From the IMG/VR virus record IMGVR_UViG_3300020048_000088, positions 1 through 64,000 of that record: 64,000 nt of DNA. One strand, 5' to 3'. Under the pieces are notes generated by a model that was given only the letters and a program-made list of their open reading frames with translations, was not told where the DNA came from and did not search any database. The DNA is from a virus. Taxonomy: Duplodnaviria > Caudoviricetes. Positions 35,239 to 47,200 of the stretch are shown here, one piece after another. Both the position numbers and the translations under genes were made by a program. Every line of letters begins with the position of its first letter. The first letter of the stretch is position 1.

Positions 35239-36637
35239 AAACTGAGCTCCTTAAATTCTTGTAACCCCCCTGCACACTGTTGGCCAGCTCATCGTTGTCC
35301 AGCAGGCTGCGAAACATGCCCACCTGCACCGTCCCGGCGGCAATAGCCACCCGAATGTGCACCTCACTATTTTGTCCATCCCTGTCTAGCCGCGCCACGA
35401 CCTGCTGGAAGGGCGTTGGCGTGGTGGGGGCTTCCACCACCAGCATGTCGGAGCATACGTGTTGCAGCCCGTCCACGCCGAATCCGGCGCTAGATGGTTG
35501 CACCAAAATGACCCGGCAGGTCGGATTCTCGATAAATGTGCGGATCGCACGTTGCTTTTCTGGCTTGGAGACTTCACCGTAGACGGCAACGGCGCCGTAT
35601 TTTGCCAGTTCTTTGTGCAGAAATCTGTTTGTACGAATGAAGTGGGCCGCGATGACAAGCTTGCGCTCCCCGATCTCCTCCAGCACCTCTTCGATCATGT
35701 CGAGGATGGCCGGCCGGCGATCCGCGTTGTCGTCGAACTCGCCCCAGTTAATGACCACTTGCTGAAGCGCTGATCTTAGCGCACTGGCGGAAATGGCGTC
35801 GATCTCCTTGCCGCCCTCGAATTCGACCAGGCGCTCCTCGGCGATGCGTCGGTACAGCTTCATGTGGGCAGGGTCAAGTTTGTAGGGTCTGGGCGTGAAC
35901 AGGGGCTCGGCCATGTCCTTGCGGGCGTCCCGCAGCAGGAGCCGGCCCGAATGGATTTTCATGTTCTCGGCCAGCACGTCAAGGTTGCACCACTTCTCCA
36001 CGTTGCCGTAGTCGTCAGTCTCCTCCACATGCAGGCGGTCGAACTGGCGGCGGTTGCGGTAAACCCCCGGGGCGATCAGCTTGATGTAAGCGTAGGCGTC
36101 GCCGGGCTTGTTGATGGGCGTTCCCGTCAGGGGCAGGAACGGGCGGTTCTCGGCGATCAGGGCCACCGCCTTGTGGGTATCGCTGGCGGTGTTCTTGATC
36201 GCGGTGGCTTCGTCAGCCATGACCCCCATCGTGCGGCGCTCGAAGTGTGCGTGAATCCGCTCGAAGTCGTTCTTGAGCAGGCCGTAGCTTGTCAGAATGA
36301 AGTCAGTATTCAGGCTCAACTCTTGGCGCTGTTTGGGGGTGCCGGCGTAGACCGTGGTCGTCAGTGGCTTGCCGGTGCTCAGGTCGGTGACGCTGCGCAG
36401 CCACCTGTCCCACTGCTCAAGCAGGATCGGCGGCATCAGGATCAGCCACTGCCTGATCTCGTGACTCGATTTGTACAGCAGCGCCTGGTGGGTGGCCATG
36501 GAGGTCTTTCCAGTGCCTGCCTCACAGTAGTAGCCTGCACGGGGGTACTGGCTCAGGTCATTGACGATGTCGACCTGAAGCGGTCTCAATTCAAACGGGA
36601 ACGCATAGCGCTCCCTCACGATTTCGTAAGGTGTCAT
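35225..36637 (-). CDS. SNF2-family helicase
   Basis: EAGTGKT, ADEA, LTGTP, GFGVDGLQ and Q...RLDR.GQ motifs. Confidence 0.9.
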   Translation of the reverse strand: MTPYEIVRERYAFPFELRPLQVDIVNDLSQYPRAGYYCEAGTGKTSMATHQALLYKSSHEIRQWLILMPPILLEQWDRWLRSVTDLSTGKPLTTTVYAGTPKQRQELSLNTDFILTSYGLLKNDFERIHAHFERRTMGVMADEATAIKNTASDTHKAVALIAENRPFLPLTGTPINKPGDAYAYIKLIAPGVYRNRRQFDRLHVEETDDYGNVEKWCNLDVLAENMKIHSGRLLLRDARKDMAEPLFTPRPYKLDPAHMKLYRRIAEERLVEFEGGKEIDAISASALRSALQQVVINWGEFDDNADRRPAILDMIEEVLEEIGERKLVIAAHFIRTNRFLHKELAKYGAVAVYGEVSKPEKQRAIRTFIENPTCRVILVQPSSAGFGVDGLQHVCSDMLVVEAPTTPTPFQQVVARLDRDGQNSEVHIRVAIAAGTVQVGMFRSLLDNDELANSVQGGYKNLRSSVYGDD

Positions 36638-36692
36638 AGGGGCTCCGTATGCGGACAGTTGCCGCGGGGTTTTACTTCGGGAGCCTCAGGGG

Positions 36693-37139
36693 TCAGCGTA
36701 TTTTGGCGATGACCTCTGTGGCTTGGGTGAGGGCGCCGACTTCAAAGTCGTACGCCTTGTCGTAGGGCTCCCGGTACAGGTGGGAACGGGCTTCAAGGGC
36801 TGAGAGCCACGCCTCGCCGTACATCCGATACATCTGGGTCTCTTTCACCAGGGGCATATCGATGATGAGCTTGACAGCGTAGGGTGCTGCGTGTCGCATG
36901 AAGCCTCGCACCTTCAGGCCGTCCGGCAGCTCGCCCGTCAGGTCTAGGCTCCCGTCCCGGATCACAAACTGCAGCGTGCGTCGGATGTTGACGCTGAGCT
37001 GCACGTCTGGGGGCCGGGCATGGTTCTCGAAGTCCCAAGACAGCCATGCAAGGTCCCAGGCTACCGGGTCATCCCTCAGCATGGCGTAGGGGGCGGCGCG
37101 GGGGTAGGCGTCGATGGGGTTGGGTGAGTATCTTGTCAT
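36693..37139 (-). CDS. Hypothetical protein
   Basis: ATGA coupling; GGAG RBS. Confidence 0.55.
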   Translation of the reverse strand: MTRYSPNPIDAYPRAAPYAMLRDDPVAWDLAWLSWDFENHARPPDVQLSVNIRRTLQFVIRDGSLDLTGELPDGLKVRGFMRHAAPYAVKLIIDMPLVKETQMYRMYGEAWLSALEARSHLYREPYDKAYDFEVGALTQATEVIAKIR

Positions 37140-37369
37140 TTTTCTCCTAGTTTACGTTGCCAGTGGATGCACCCGAACTTGGGGCCAACGTAGACAGGCA
37201 CGTCATAGTCGTCACACTCCCCAGAGCCGCAGTCATCGAGTGCAGCGGGCCCGCCCTGCCAGGTCCCCATCCGGGAGCAACCCCCGGCGTTGACCCAGTA
37301 AATGCTGTCGCCACCCATGTTCACGGGGGGCGCGTAGTTCTCGCATTGATCACATGTATGATTTTTCAT
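37136..37369 (-). CDS. Small Cys-rich protein
   Basis: CDQC ... VGPKFGCIHW. Confidence 0.55.
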   Translation of the reverse strand: MKNHTCDQCENYAPPVNMGGDSIYWVNAGGCSRMGTWQGGPAALDDCGSGECDDYDVPVYVGPKFGCIHWQRKLGEK

Positions 37370-37378
37370 CGGCCTCCT

Positions 37379-38728
37379 TCAGGCAATTGCCGCCTCAAAT
37401 TGTGCCTTAACAGCGTCAAGGCTGTCAGCCTCGTATTTGTCGTCGCGCAGCTCGATGAAGCGGGGGTGGAACAGGCTGTGCTTGGGGTTGGACTCCGAGG
37501 GGTGGGCGATGGCGTTGGCCCTCACACACATGACCTTGCCCAGCACCGAGTCACGATTCTCGTGCAGGTACTGCTCCATCTCCCGCTTGAACCCCGACAC
37601 GTCGACCTCGAGCATGCCGTCGATGGACTGGACCTTGACGGAGCCGAACGTCGCCTCAGTGCGCTTGCCGGGCTCACCGGGGTTGAACCCGATGATCTCC
37701 AGATCAAGGTCGACCTCCAGCTTTAGTTTCACACAGTCTTTCGATGTGTTGTCAGCCCACTCTCCAAGAGGGTTCTTCAGGATCACACCCTCCAAACCCC
37801 GCGCCAGGATGCCACGGTAAATCCGCATGGCTTCGTCTTTACTGTGCACGACCTGGCCCTCGATCAGCATGATGCTGGACTTGCCAGCCTCCACCACCTG
37901 ATCCTTGAGCAGGGCGTAGCGCAGGGTGTAGGGCGTCTTGACCTTGCCCTTGGGCACTGCGAACTCCAGCGGAATCTGGTCCCAGCAGTCGAACCGAATC
38001 TCTGCACCGGGAGGCAAATCCCCTCCATTCTGGAGTGAATTTAGCATGCCGTTGCCCACGGTACGCGGCTGGAGCTCGCCATTGATCCAGATGGTGAGCT
38101 CGCCGTGGGTCTCGGTGTTGGGCTTGAAGCACCACATGGCGTCTTCGGTGAGCTTGTGCAGGGCAGGGATGCTGGGGTAGGTGTTGCCTTGGCGGGTGGT
38201 GATCAGCACTCCCCCGTGCACTTCCCGGGACACCCGGGCAAAGCTTCCATCCGCCTTGAGCTGGCAGTAGACGCCGTTGTCCCAGTTCCATTTGTCGATG
38301 TTGCTGTCCTTGGGGAGAGAGCAGCGCTGGTACGGAAAATCTGGGATGGTGCCGGGAAATGCGGTGTTGACCGTGTTGGCGCCGATGCCGGCACGCAGGT
38401 CTTTCAGGATGATGCGGCGCAGCACCTCGCCGTCGTCGGGGTGCAGGTCGTGGAGCGAGAAGCCAACGGCCTCCAGTGCGGCGTTGCCCGTGAGGTCCCG
38501 GTTGGCAAGGTTTTCCAACAGGTCGTACTCCATCTGATCCATCTCATCCAACCCTGTCTTTGTTGGGGCCTCCAGCTTGGCGATGTAGTAGCTGATGGTG
38601 GGGTCGAGCGCAGCCTTGGCCAGTGCCAAGTCAAGTTTGTCGAACGTCTGGACGATTGCCAGCTTGTCCTTCTTGCCGGGGGTTGCTGCCAGTGCGTTGA
38701 GCTTGGCCAGAAATGTTTTTGCTGTCAT
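37379..38728 (-). CDS. lig: ATP-dependent DNA ligase
   Basis: QLKADG (KxDG), HGEL, FDCWD, EGVILKN and KLK motifs; C-terminal OB fold FHPRF...RDDK. Confidence 0.93.
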   Translation of the reverse strand: MTAKTFLAKLNALAATPGKKDKLAIVQTFDKLDLALAKAALDPTISYYIAKLEAPTKTGLDEMDQMEYDLLENLANRDLTGNAALEAVGFSLHDLHPDDGEVLRRIILKDLRAGIGANTVNTAFPGTIPDFPYQRCSLPKDSNIDKWNWDNGVYCQLKADGSFARVSREVHGGVLITTRQGNTYPSIPALHKLTEDAMWCFKPNTETHGELTIWINGELQPRTVGNGMLNSLQNGGDLPPGAEIRFDCWDQIPLEFAVPKGKVKTPYTLRYALLKDQVVEAGKSSIMLIEGQVVHSKDEAMRIYRGILARGLEGVILKNPLGEWADNTSKDCVKLKLEVDLDLEIIGFNPGEPGKRTEATFGSVKVQSIDGMLEVDVSGFKREMEQYLHENRDSVLGKVMCVRANAIAHPSESNPKHSLFHPRFIELRDDKYEADSLDAVKAQFEAAIA

Positions 38729-39471
38729 AGTGAACTCCAAATGTGTGCCAATGGCACGGGTTAATGCATCCCACCCTCGACGTGAAGTCGAAGGTGTTCC
38801 ATAAAGTCATCAAAGTCAAGGTCCTCGGATGGCCTCCATTTGGTGGAGACCATGTCAAGGTACCTCGACGCGTCGTCGCACAGCGACTCAGCGCTTTTGA
38901 GGGCGCTGTGCTGGGGCACAAGGAACTTGCGCCACATTACGGGCTCCTTGCCCGTCCACTGCTCGTAAGCAAACAACATCAGGCTTTCGTCCGGGAGCGT
39001 CATGTAACCCAGGACGATCTTCAGGGCGAACGCCTGTTGAGTGAACCCCGTCACCATGCTGGTCGGCGGGGCGCTGGTTTCGTCGGTCACATAGCACCTC
39101 CTGTAATGGTTCCTGACTGTGTCAAATTCATGCGAATCGCTCTCACCCCCTTGGGTGAGATGGCCTGCCCTCTAAATTGCGCACCCACTCCGAGGAGTTT
39201 GAGGCTCGCGTTGTCGAGTTGGCTGGCGACTTCCTGGTCGAGTCCATAAACGGAGACGATGTAGCCCTCGGCCCAGCCCTTGCCATGGCGTGTGACACGC
39301 ATGACAAGAGCGTCGGCCTTGATGCCCACCTCAGCAGTATTCCCGAGCTCCTTGAGCTTCCAGGTTGTACCGTTCCAACTGGCTCTGACTTCTAGGTATT
39401 CGTTCTTCACGATTTTGATTCCTGTTGCTTGGGGGTGGGCTAGTTCCCCGGTTGGCCCTAACGGTGACGGA

Positions 39472-40179
39472 TCAGGCTTTCGCCATGAAGAAAACTGCCT
39501 GTGCCTTTGCCTTGCCTGAGCCGTGGGCGGGGAAGCCGATGATGAATCTCCGGTCAGGGTTGGCGCAGATGGCGCAGATGGCGCAGGTTGTGTTACCTAC
39601 AGTTGCCGGGCACACCATGACGGTGTTGCCAGCCGGCGTTTTCACTGTGGTGGTCTGGTCGATCGGCAAGATGACCACCACAGGCGCAATGCCGAGGGCG
39701 AAGAACGCGTCTGCCTCGTCCAGCGTTTCAGCGCTGAGGTTGACAGTGAATCCTTGCTCGTTGGCTTTTTGGAGAACCTCGGCGTTCTCCGGGATGAACG
39801 GGTCGTAATGGCAGAACGTGAACCCGTGTCGGCCTCGGTTGGCCTGCACAATCTTGTTCACAGACGCTGCGTCAAGGTAGACACGGTCACCTGGCAGGTC
39901 GCCGGCTTGGTCGTGGCGCCAGAGCTGGAACTTGGGCAGCGCCGCGATTTGCTCGCAGAACTCCTCCAGCGAGACACCCCTATCCCCCTCAGAGATCAGC
40001 CTCCAATGGAGCGCCAGGGGACCTTGCTCTCCGTAGCAGCCAGAGTCGTACAGGCTGCACCTTGTAGGGCACGTCGACCTTGACGTTGTGGACGCGGGAA
40101 TGCCTCCGAGTTTTTTGTTGGCAGACACCCGCGTCAAGTGGTACCGGTGCTCCGGAATTGATCGCTTTAGCTTAAACAT
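39472..40179 (-). CDS. Gp88/DUF7227-like Cys-rich (putative Fe-S, radical-SAM-like) protein
   Basis: S.N.K.G....TT.R.TCP..C......CY, RHDQAGD, NLSAE and CPA....TC..C..CA.....IIGFPAHG motifs. Confidence 0.6.
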   Translation of the reverse strand: MFKLKRSIPEHRYHLTRVSANKKLGGIPASTTSRSTCPTRCSLYDSGCYGEQGPLALHWRLISEGDRGVSLEEFCEQIAALPKFQLWRHDQAGDLPGDRVYLDAASVNKIVQANRGRHGFTFCHYDPFIPENAEVLQKANEQGFTVNLSAETLDEADAFFALGIAPVVVILPIDQTTTVKTPAGNTVMVCPATVGNTTCAICAICANPDRRFIIGFPAHGSGKAKAQAVFFMAKA

Positions 40180-40217
40180 TCTTACTCCAAAATTTGCCCA
40201 AAACAGGGCGGGGTGGT

Positions 40218-40490
40218 TTAACGCTTGGCGAAGCGTGGTGCGAAGCAGTCCTTCAGCTGCCCGGTTTCGCGGTTCATGTGGGTACGGATGCCTGCCACGT
40301 CGTGGCAGAAGTCGAGCTCGGGCGCCATCAGCAGCGCCTGCAGATCGAGCTTGGCGCCGTTTCTGTGGCAGGCGGTGACGTCCATCTCGGTCTCGAGCAG
40401 GTTGCGCCGCTGGTTGGTGATGCTGGCCCATCGCAGCACGATCTGGTTGATGAGGCGGGCGTCGCCGTTGGGGACTTCAAACTTAACCAT
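40218..40490 (-). CDS. DUF6874-like protein
   Basis: MD.TACH.NG..LDL..LL.A...DF.HDV.GI..HMNRETG.L..CF.PRF. Confidence 0.7.
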   Translation of the reverse strand: MVKFEVPNGDARLINQIVLRWASITNQRRNLLETEMDVTACHRNGAKLDLQALLMAPELDFCHDVAGIRTHMNRETGQLKDCFAPRFAKR

Positions 40491-42308
40491 TGGAGGCCTC
40501 CGGCGGACGTTTAAACAACTCGTAGCCGGCGCTGTACAGGGCCGCAGCGACACACTTGGGGCCGGTGTCCCGCCAGTAGACATCCTCCAGGCTCTCAAGG
40601 GCCTCCTCAAGGGTTTCAAGGGTTTCCTGCTTCTCCGCTTCGTGTATCGTGGCGCACACGGTTCCAGCTTTCGTCTCCCACCGGGTTACTTCACGCATTG
40701 GCGACCTCCGTGAACTTGGTCAGGCGCTCCACACGCTGGGCGTGGTACCCAAGCATGGCTTGGGAGTACTCCACCGCTGAGTGGGCCTCAAGCAGTGCCC
40801 GGCGGGCGTCCTCCAATTCGAGCTTGGCCAACGCGTCGGTGTCCTTCGGCCATGCGATTTCAGTCAGCTTTTTGAACATGGTGTTCTCCTTTGATCTTGT
40901 CGATGACGTCCAGGTAGTCATACCCGAACGATGAATGGCCGGTAGCCTTGCACAGGGCGCGCAAGGCGTCGGCAACTGGCTTTTGGGTGTAGTGGTTTTT
41001 GGATCGGTACGCCTGACCTTTGGTCACGTACACGACCATGCCGACAAGGGCATCGATCAGTTCTTGGGTCACTTGAGGTCTTTCACGAGGTCAAGTATTT
41101 GGAGATGTTTGGCACCCTGGTCCGTCAGCGCCCTGTAACCGCTTCTCGCCCAGTCGCCTATGTGTTGGGCTCTCATACTTACGGGGCCCAGAAGCTCTTT
41201 ACCCTCCGCGTCCAGGGCTTTCACACGATTCGCCAGGTGGTCAAAGTACAGCATCGCATTCAGCATTTCGTGCGCCCTGTCTTCGGCGCCCTCGGCGTAC
41301 TGCTGCAGCTCCTTCAGTTTCTCTGCGCGCTGGGCTGCTTTTTCGATGATGTCTTCGTAGTTAATGTTCATGCTGAACTCCAAGTTGTGTCTCAAATCGA
41401 GACGGTTAAGGAAGGTGCCCGGTTGCGTGATTAACTGCCGGGCGCAGCCTAACGAGGGAGACTCTCAAATCTCCGACAGTGTTGGGGGCGATCACGCACA
41501 GCCAACGACCGCCAATTGGTCAACTCCGGAATTTGGGGAACGCCTGGTAATGGTCGAAGAACTTTTCGTGGCTGCCGAGGTTTCCATCGGTGGCGCGGCC
41601 CGCCGCCTTGTTGATCAGCAGCAGGCGCACACCCAGTGGTGCGTGTGCGTCGATCGGCAACCAGAACACATCCTGCGCCACGGCTACGGTTCCAGCCACG
41701 TTGACCTTGATGTTTGGGGCGTCGCGCTTCTCAGCCACCTCGATGGCGTCCTGCAGCACTTTGATTGCCTCCCTCCACTCATACTCACAGCCACAGCAGT
41801 CGGGTGCTACTGGGCCAAGTAGCTGGATAGCTTGTTTCATTGCTTCAATCATGATTTGCTCCTTTGATTCCGTGTGCGGCTTCGATAATGTGAACCCATT
41901 GCTTGACAGTTTCAAATACCCACGGCTCTTTGCACATGGATTTGATCTGCTCGTCTGTCAGAGGCTGCTGCGCTGGTGCTGTTGGTGCTGCATAAAGCGG
42001 CTCCCATTCACCGCCACTACGTTGCTTTGGGCGGTGGGGTTGTAGCAACGGGTACACCGCTCTTGGGTGAGTCCAAGCCCCAGGCTCCACCTTCCCAGCC
42101 TGCTCGATTGCTTGGCGCAGGGCTGTGATAGCCTTTTCGATCTGGGTAACTTTGTTTGACCTAAACCAGCCACGCACATATTTGCAGACTGCTTGCCTAT
42201 CGAACATTGACGGTTCGTGCATCAGTGCATTTCCAATCATGGTTCCGTTGAGTCTTGTCGAGTCTTCAAGCGCCTCAAGCGCCTGTTTCATCACATTAAT
42301 GCTCATTT

Positions 42309-42530
42309 TTAAAACCCGGCGTAAGTGCCGGTTCCGTTAAGTGCGTGCCAGACCACTTGGCGCGACACGTTGAATTTGTAGGCGATGGTCTTGCACAGCG
42401 CCCCCTCGACCCGCATCGTGCGGGCCTCCAGCACTTGGTCGATGTTGAGTGCGGGTTTGTTGTGGCTGCGGCGCGCGCCCCCGTTGCCGGCCCACAGCCC
42501 TGGCGTTCTGAGGTAGACGCCACTTGGCAT
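42309..42530 (-). CDS. Small HTH DNA-binding protein
   Basis: L..DQV.E.R.......K.IA.KFNVSRQVVW. Confidence 0.55.
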   Translation of the reverse strand: MPSGVYLRTPGLWAGNGGARRSHNKPALNIDQVLEARTMRVEGALCKTIAYKFNVSRQVVWHALNGTGTYAGF

Positions 42531-43123
42531 CACAGCTCCGACGCAATCCAGAGTGCACAGGACGCAAGCGTCATCAGCGCAAGCACCCGCCCGCCCCAGA
42601 TGCAGAGGTCGTCGATGTAGTTCTGTCGAATATCGCGGCGCGAGGCGCCTCGGGTGTAGTCTTCGTTTCGTTTCATGCTCGCTCCAAAATTTCAGTTTCA
42701 ATTCTTTGCCGATCGCCATCGGTCATCTTTGCCTCCAGCCACGGCGCAGGGCGGCCGCGCCGGTCGCAGACGTCGAACTCGATTTCGCCGCCACGCTCGG
42801 GCTCCCAGTTGTCAGGATGGCCCCTGAGGTGGGCACGGGTGTAGGGTTCGATGTGCACAACATCGATCTGGCAGGGGATTCCTGCAATCCTTGATTCCAT
42901 CGTCACCCTCCCATCAGTTGGTTGTACGGGTTGCACTCGTCAAGCTCCGCCTGGTACAGCATGATTTCCGTGTGCACAAAGTTCCAGTAGCCAAGATTTG
43001 TTTGGTAGTCCCTCACCGCGCGGCGCCAGTCAGCCAGTCGAACCACCGGGTGCTGCTCGGCCTCGTCGTACTTCTTCGCAAGCTCTCCCGCGGTGAGGCC
43101 GAAATCTTTGATCAGGTGGTGGC

Positions 43124-43642
43124 TCAAAGTAAATCCCCCACCTTTGCGCTGCTCAACTGCCTGGCGTTCATGCGGAACCTGCAGCCGTCATCCAGACGTG
43201 TGACGCTCCAACCCTTGCGGGGAGCCCATGGGGATTCCAGTCGATACTGGTGGCCGCCGTATTCGACGACCAGCCCTGGGGCCAAGGTTTTCTTCGGGAG
43301 CTTGGCGGCGTGATACTTCCGCACATCTTCGCGCCACTTGGCGGCAGACTCGTTGATCGGGTCTGACGCGGCGTCGATCAGACTCAGGGGGCAGTCGTAG
43401 TAGTACGGCCCCATGTCCTCACTCATCCCCTTGTAGCCCCAGCCGCCGTTGCGGTCCTTGGCGATCAGATCAAGTGTGATGAACGTGCGGTTTGCGGACT
43501 CCTGCCGCACAAGCTGCCAGATGTGGTTTCCGACTGCTCGGCCCTTGATCGGCGTGAAGTCTGGGCCGAAGTGTTTTGCAGACATGATCTCTGCGACGTG
43601 CGCCTTGCGGCCCACGTCAGCGTAAGCGAATGACCATCCCAT
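43124..43642 (-). CDS. DUF6927-like protein
   Basis: MGW..., WGYK.MSEDMGPYYYDCP..L....W RE.VR motifs. Confidence 0.7.
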   Translation of the reverse strand: MGWSFAYADVGRKAHVAEIMSAKHFGPDFTPIKGRAVGNHIWQLVRQESANRTFITLDLIAKDRNGGWGYKGMSEDMGPYYYDCPLSLIDAASDPINESAAKWREDVRKYHAAKLPKKTLAPGLVVEYGGHQYRLESPWAPRKGWSVTRLDDGCRFRMNARQLSSAKVGDLL

Positions 43643-43843
43643 GGTGAACTCCAAATGTGACCCAAAATTGGGTCGGGTTAAAAAATCAGTCGTTAGGGTC
43701 GAAACTGCTGAGGAGCTTGTCCGTATAGGCCTCTCGAACCCGTGCTGCGCGCTTCGCCTTCAGCGCATTCTGGCGCTCAAGCATGAGCATCCTGACCATG
43801 CCTTCCAGGAGTTTGACTCGCGCCTCCAGATCGTTGGGCTCCA

Positions 43844-44212
43844 TCAGTTTTCTTCCGGCAAAATCATGGCGAAGCGCTCGCCCTCGTTGACGATGTAGAA
43901 CATCCAGGTGCCGTCCGGGCAGTCTGTGTGGATGTCCTTGCGCTGCCACACTGGTGGCACGTCGTCCTGCAGCTCCATGCTCAGGTCGGCCATGCCATCC
44001 TCGGCGCGGATGAAGACGATGCCCATGTCGCCGTAGGGAATCAGCTGCGGCAATTCCGTTGCGCAGATGTCTAAAAACCATCCGAGACCTGTGGCCGCGC
44101 AGGCTTCAACCCCGTCGCTGTACTGGAATTTGCGAGCCGCCCAGTGGCGCACGAAGTGGTTGGCGCCGCTGCGGCTCTCGTGGTAGATGCGTTTGAATTC
44201 TTCAGATTTCAT
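43844..44212 (-). CDS. DUF6876-like protein
   Basis: G..H...H.......YSDGV...A.....WF.D.....Q..TD.P.G......Y motifs. Confidence 0.65.
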   Translation of the reverse strand: MKSEEFKRIYHESRSGANHFVRHWAARKFQYSDGVEACAATGLGWFLDICATELPQLIPYGDMGIVFIRAEDGMADLSMELQDDVPPVWQRKDIHTDCPDGTWMFYIVNEGERFAMILPEEN

Positions 44213-47200
44213 TTCAATCCTTGGTTACGCCTCTAGGGCGGAATAAATGTCGACGTCGAAGTTCTCGCGAACGTCGACGCAGTACCAGTCTGTGTCGTAG
44301 CTGCCCTGCACCCCCAGAAAGTTGTTCCGAGCTTCCTCGGAGTCATGCCCCTCCTGCGAGTTGATCTGCCCATCGGAGATTTCGAGAGTGAAGCGCCGTA
44401 CGACGCCGTATTTGTGGATCATTCGGCTTCTCCTTCGGCTTCAGTTTCAATCGGCACCCAGACCCAAGCCGACACCCAGACGCCCTCGTCGGCGACGCTG
44501 AAGAACGGGTCGTCGTCGATCTCGATGTCGGCACAGGAGTGCATGGTGTAGTTGTTGCGCGCCGCCTCAATGGTCAGCTCGTGGGCAAGTCTGTCCGTTG
44601 TGAGCTCGTCCAGTTGGCCCTGAAGCTCAACCATGGTCCCCGTGGGCCAGGCGGCTTCTGCGCAAACCTTGCGCGCCAATCGTTCGATGTTGTTCATGCT
44701 GGCTCCTGGTTGTGGGGGTCGTCGATCTGGCGCCGTGTGGCCACCTGCAGCAGGCTGATGTCAATCCAGCGAGCGCCGCCCCTGCCGTTGACCGGGGTGA
44801 CGTAGAGACTGATCTTGGACTTGGCCTTGACCCGGTAAACCGTAGCGTCCTTGTCGTTGTTGAGGGCCACCAAGTCGTCCTCCTGGACGGAGTTCATGAG
44901 TGAGAGTTTCACTTCGACTCCTTCAGGATGTATGGGTTGACCCCCCAATAGAGCGGGTTGAAGATAGACCCATCCAGGTCGGGTTGGCCCTCTGGGAGGT
45001 GCTCATCGTCTTCGTTTCTCCAGCCGGCCAACTGGTTGAGGGCGTTGCTGCCCCCCACCACCTCGCGCTGCCAGCCCTCAAGGGCTTTCTCTGCGGCTTT
45101 CACGCAGGCTCTGGCGGTGCGCTTGTAACTGGGCTTGCCCAGCTTGCGGGTCAGCACCCACGGCACTTTGACCGTCTCCTGGGCTGTCAGGCCCCACGAA
45201 TCTCCGTCCCACTCACCGGCGCTGCCGATGCCCCAGACGATCTCTTGGGCCTGCTCAAGGTACAGGTCGAGCGCCCGATCACAATCCGCCTCGCTCATGC
45301 CCTTCGGCTCGTTCAGGCAAACATCGTTGCCCGCCTCGGTCTTGTAACCGTGGACTTCCAGCACCACGCCGTTGTCGTCCGCACTGACGATCCTGAACCC
45401 CTGCTGGCCCCAAGGCTCGAGGTCTGCGTCCTTGCCCGTCAGGCAGACGTCGATCTTGTCCCACTCCCAGCGCCCGGTGTCCCAGCCCTCCAGCGCCTTC
45501 TTCAGGGCGTCGATGTCGAGACCCCAGTCCTCCGGCTCCTCGCCGGGCAGTATGCCGCACCCTGGCGGCAGACTCCATCCAAATTTGCTCATGTCGACTC
45601 CTTGATTGGGGTTTCAGATTCGTAAATGCCGTTGATGAACACGTCTTCGCCGTTGGCCTCCGCAAGTCTCCGCACCTCTGCCTTCTGCGCTGCGGAGTCC
45701 GTGGAGTCGTTGAAGAACACCTCCCACATGTCTTCCACGTAGATGTTCACCGCATCGTGGCGGTTCTCCGCTTCAACGCAGAGTCCGCAGTCTTCGTCGT
45801 CGCCGCACATGCGGCCCATCACAAGGTAGTGCTTCATGTTGGCTCCGTTTGGTAAGCAGTAATGAGTTCGCTTGCGAACCCGTATTCGTCTTTGAGAATG
45901 TTGCAGCGCACCGTCGCCATCAGGGCGTCGAGCGGCTCCGCCTGAGATGCCACGAGACGCGCTGCCTGAGCTACGGTCTCGAACTCCATGTCGGGGTCGA
46001 ACACCTTTTTGGGTCGGTGCTTCTCGATCAGCGCCAACACCTGGGGGCGCATGGCAGCGTAGGCCCGCAGCACCACGCCAGGTACAGGCCCTGTCGGGTC
46101 TCCGAAATCCCCATGGGGCTCATCCGCAGACTGAGGCCACACGCCGACTACCTGATCAGTCTCGAGGTCGAGCGACGTGCGCAGCCACCACTCGGTGGCG
46201 CCTACGGTGAAGAAGACATCAACGTCGATGTAGCCTGGGTTCCCGGTCTCGACCTCAAGTTTGCTGACCTTCATGTCAGCTCCTTGTTGATGTGCTCCCG
46301 CATTTCCTGCAGCCCCTGCCGGGTAAAGACCCAGTGGGTGTTTCCAGGGGCTTTCTCGAATGCTTCGTCGTAGCTCTCGCATATGCCAAGTGGTTTAAGC
46401 TCCATGGTGTCGAGCCAGGCCCAGAAGTCTTGGGGCATGTCGGAGACGTTCGGTTCGGTGCTCACAGCGTGACCCTCCCCGCAAGGGCTTCGCTGATCTC
46501 GTCGTTGCGACGCATCATGTCGACGAAGTCCACGAAGGCGACTCGAACGTCGGTGGGGTACGAGTTCTGGGGCGTCTTGCCGCGGCGTTTGAACTGCGGG
46601 TGGTTTTCCCAAAAGTAGACGCGAATCGCTTTCTGGGTGGTGACTGAATGTTTCATACGGTTCTCCATGCCTTGCAGGCTCTGGTTGACAGGTAATGGTG
46701 GGCCGTGGGGTCCGCCATGCGGTACTCTCTGAGCATGGCCACGGCCTCGCGCCGGGTCTCAAACTCATCGACGGTTTCAAGGTAGCCGTCACCTTTGCGT
46801 TGGACGTAAATCACTTTGGTTCTCCGGTTGTCCGGAACCATGCGGCCCCGATGTAGTTGACCCAGTCATGCTGGGACCATAGGTTATGGGGCACTGGCGG
46901 CACCCCGAAGTAGTAGTCCCACCCCGTGGGTTCCCCAGAGAGCGCCCGAAGCTTGGTCTCGAGATCAGGCTGATCGTCTTTGTTGATGCGGTGCATCACA
47001 TGCTCCAGGGTGCAGCGTCGTAGCCCGCCAGGCGGCGAATCGCCTCCGACTTGATCGACTCGACGATCTCGTGGGCGATGCTGCTCTCCCACTCGGGATG
47101 CTCACAGCTCTGGTAGTCAAGGCTTGAGGCGAGCTTGATCGCTTCCACAGGGGAGATGCGTTTGGCGTTGGGGTTGTAAACGCACCCCGTGGTGGGCTCC

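Noticed and set aside
38745-38757. N4-type virion RNA polymerase hairpin promoters
   Set aside because: Loops are mostly 5-6 nt and lack the 3-nt purine loop consensus. No giant virion RNAP is in the window, and the elements sit within 10 nt of an RBS.
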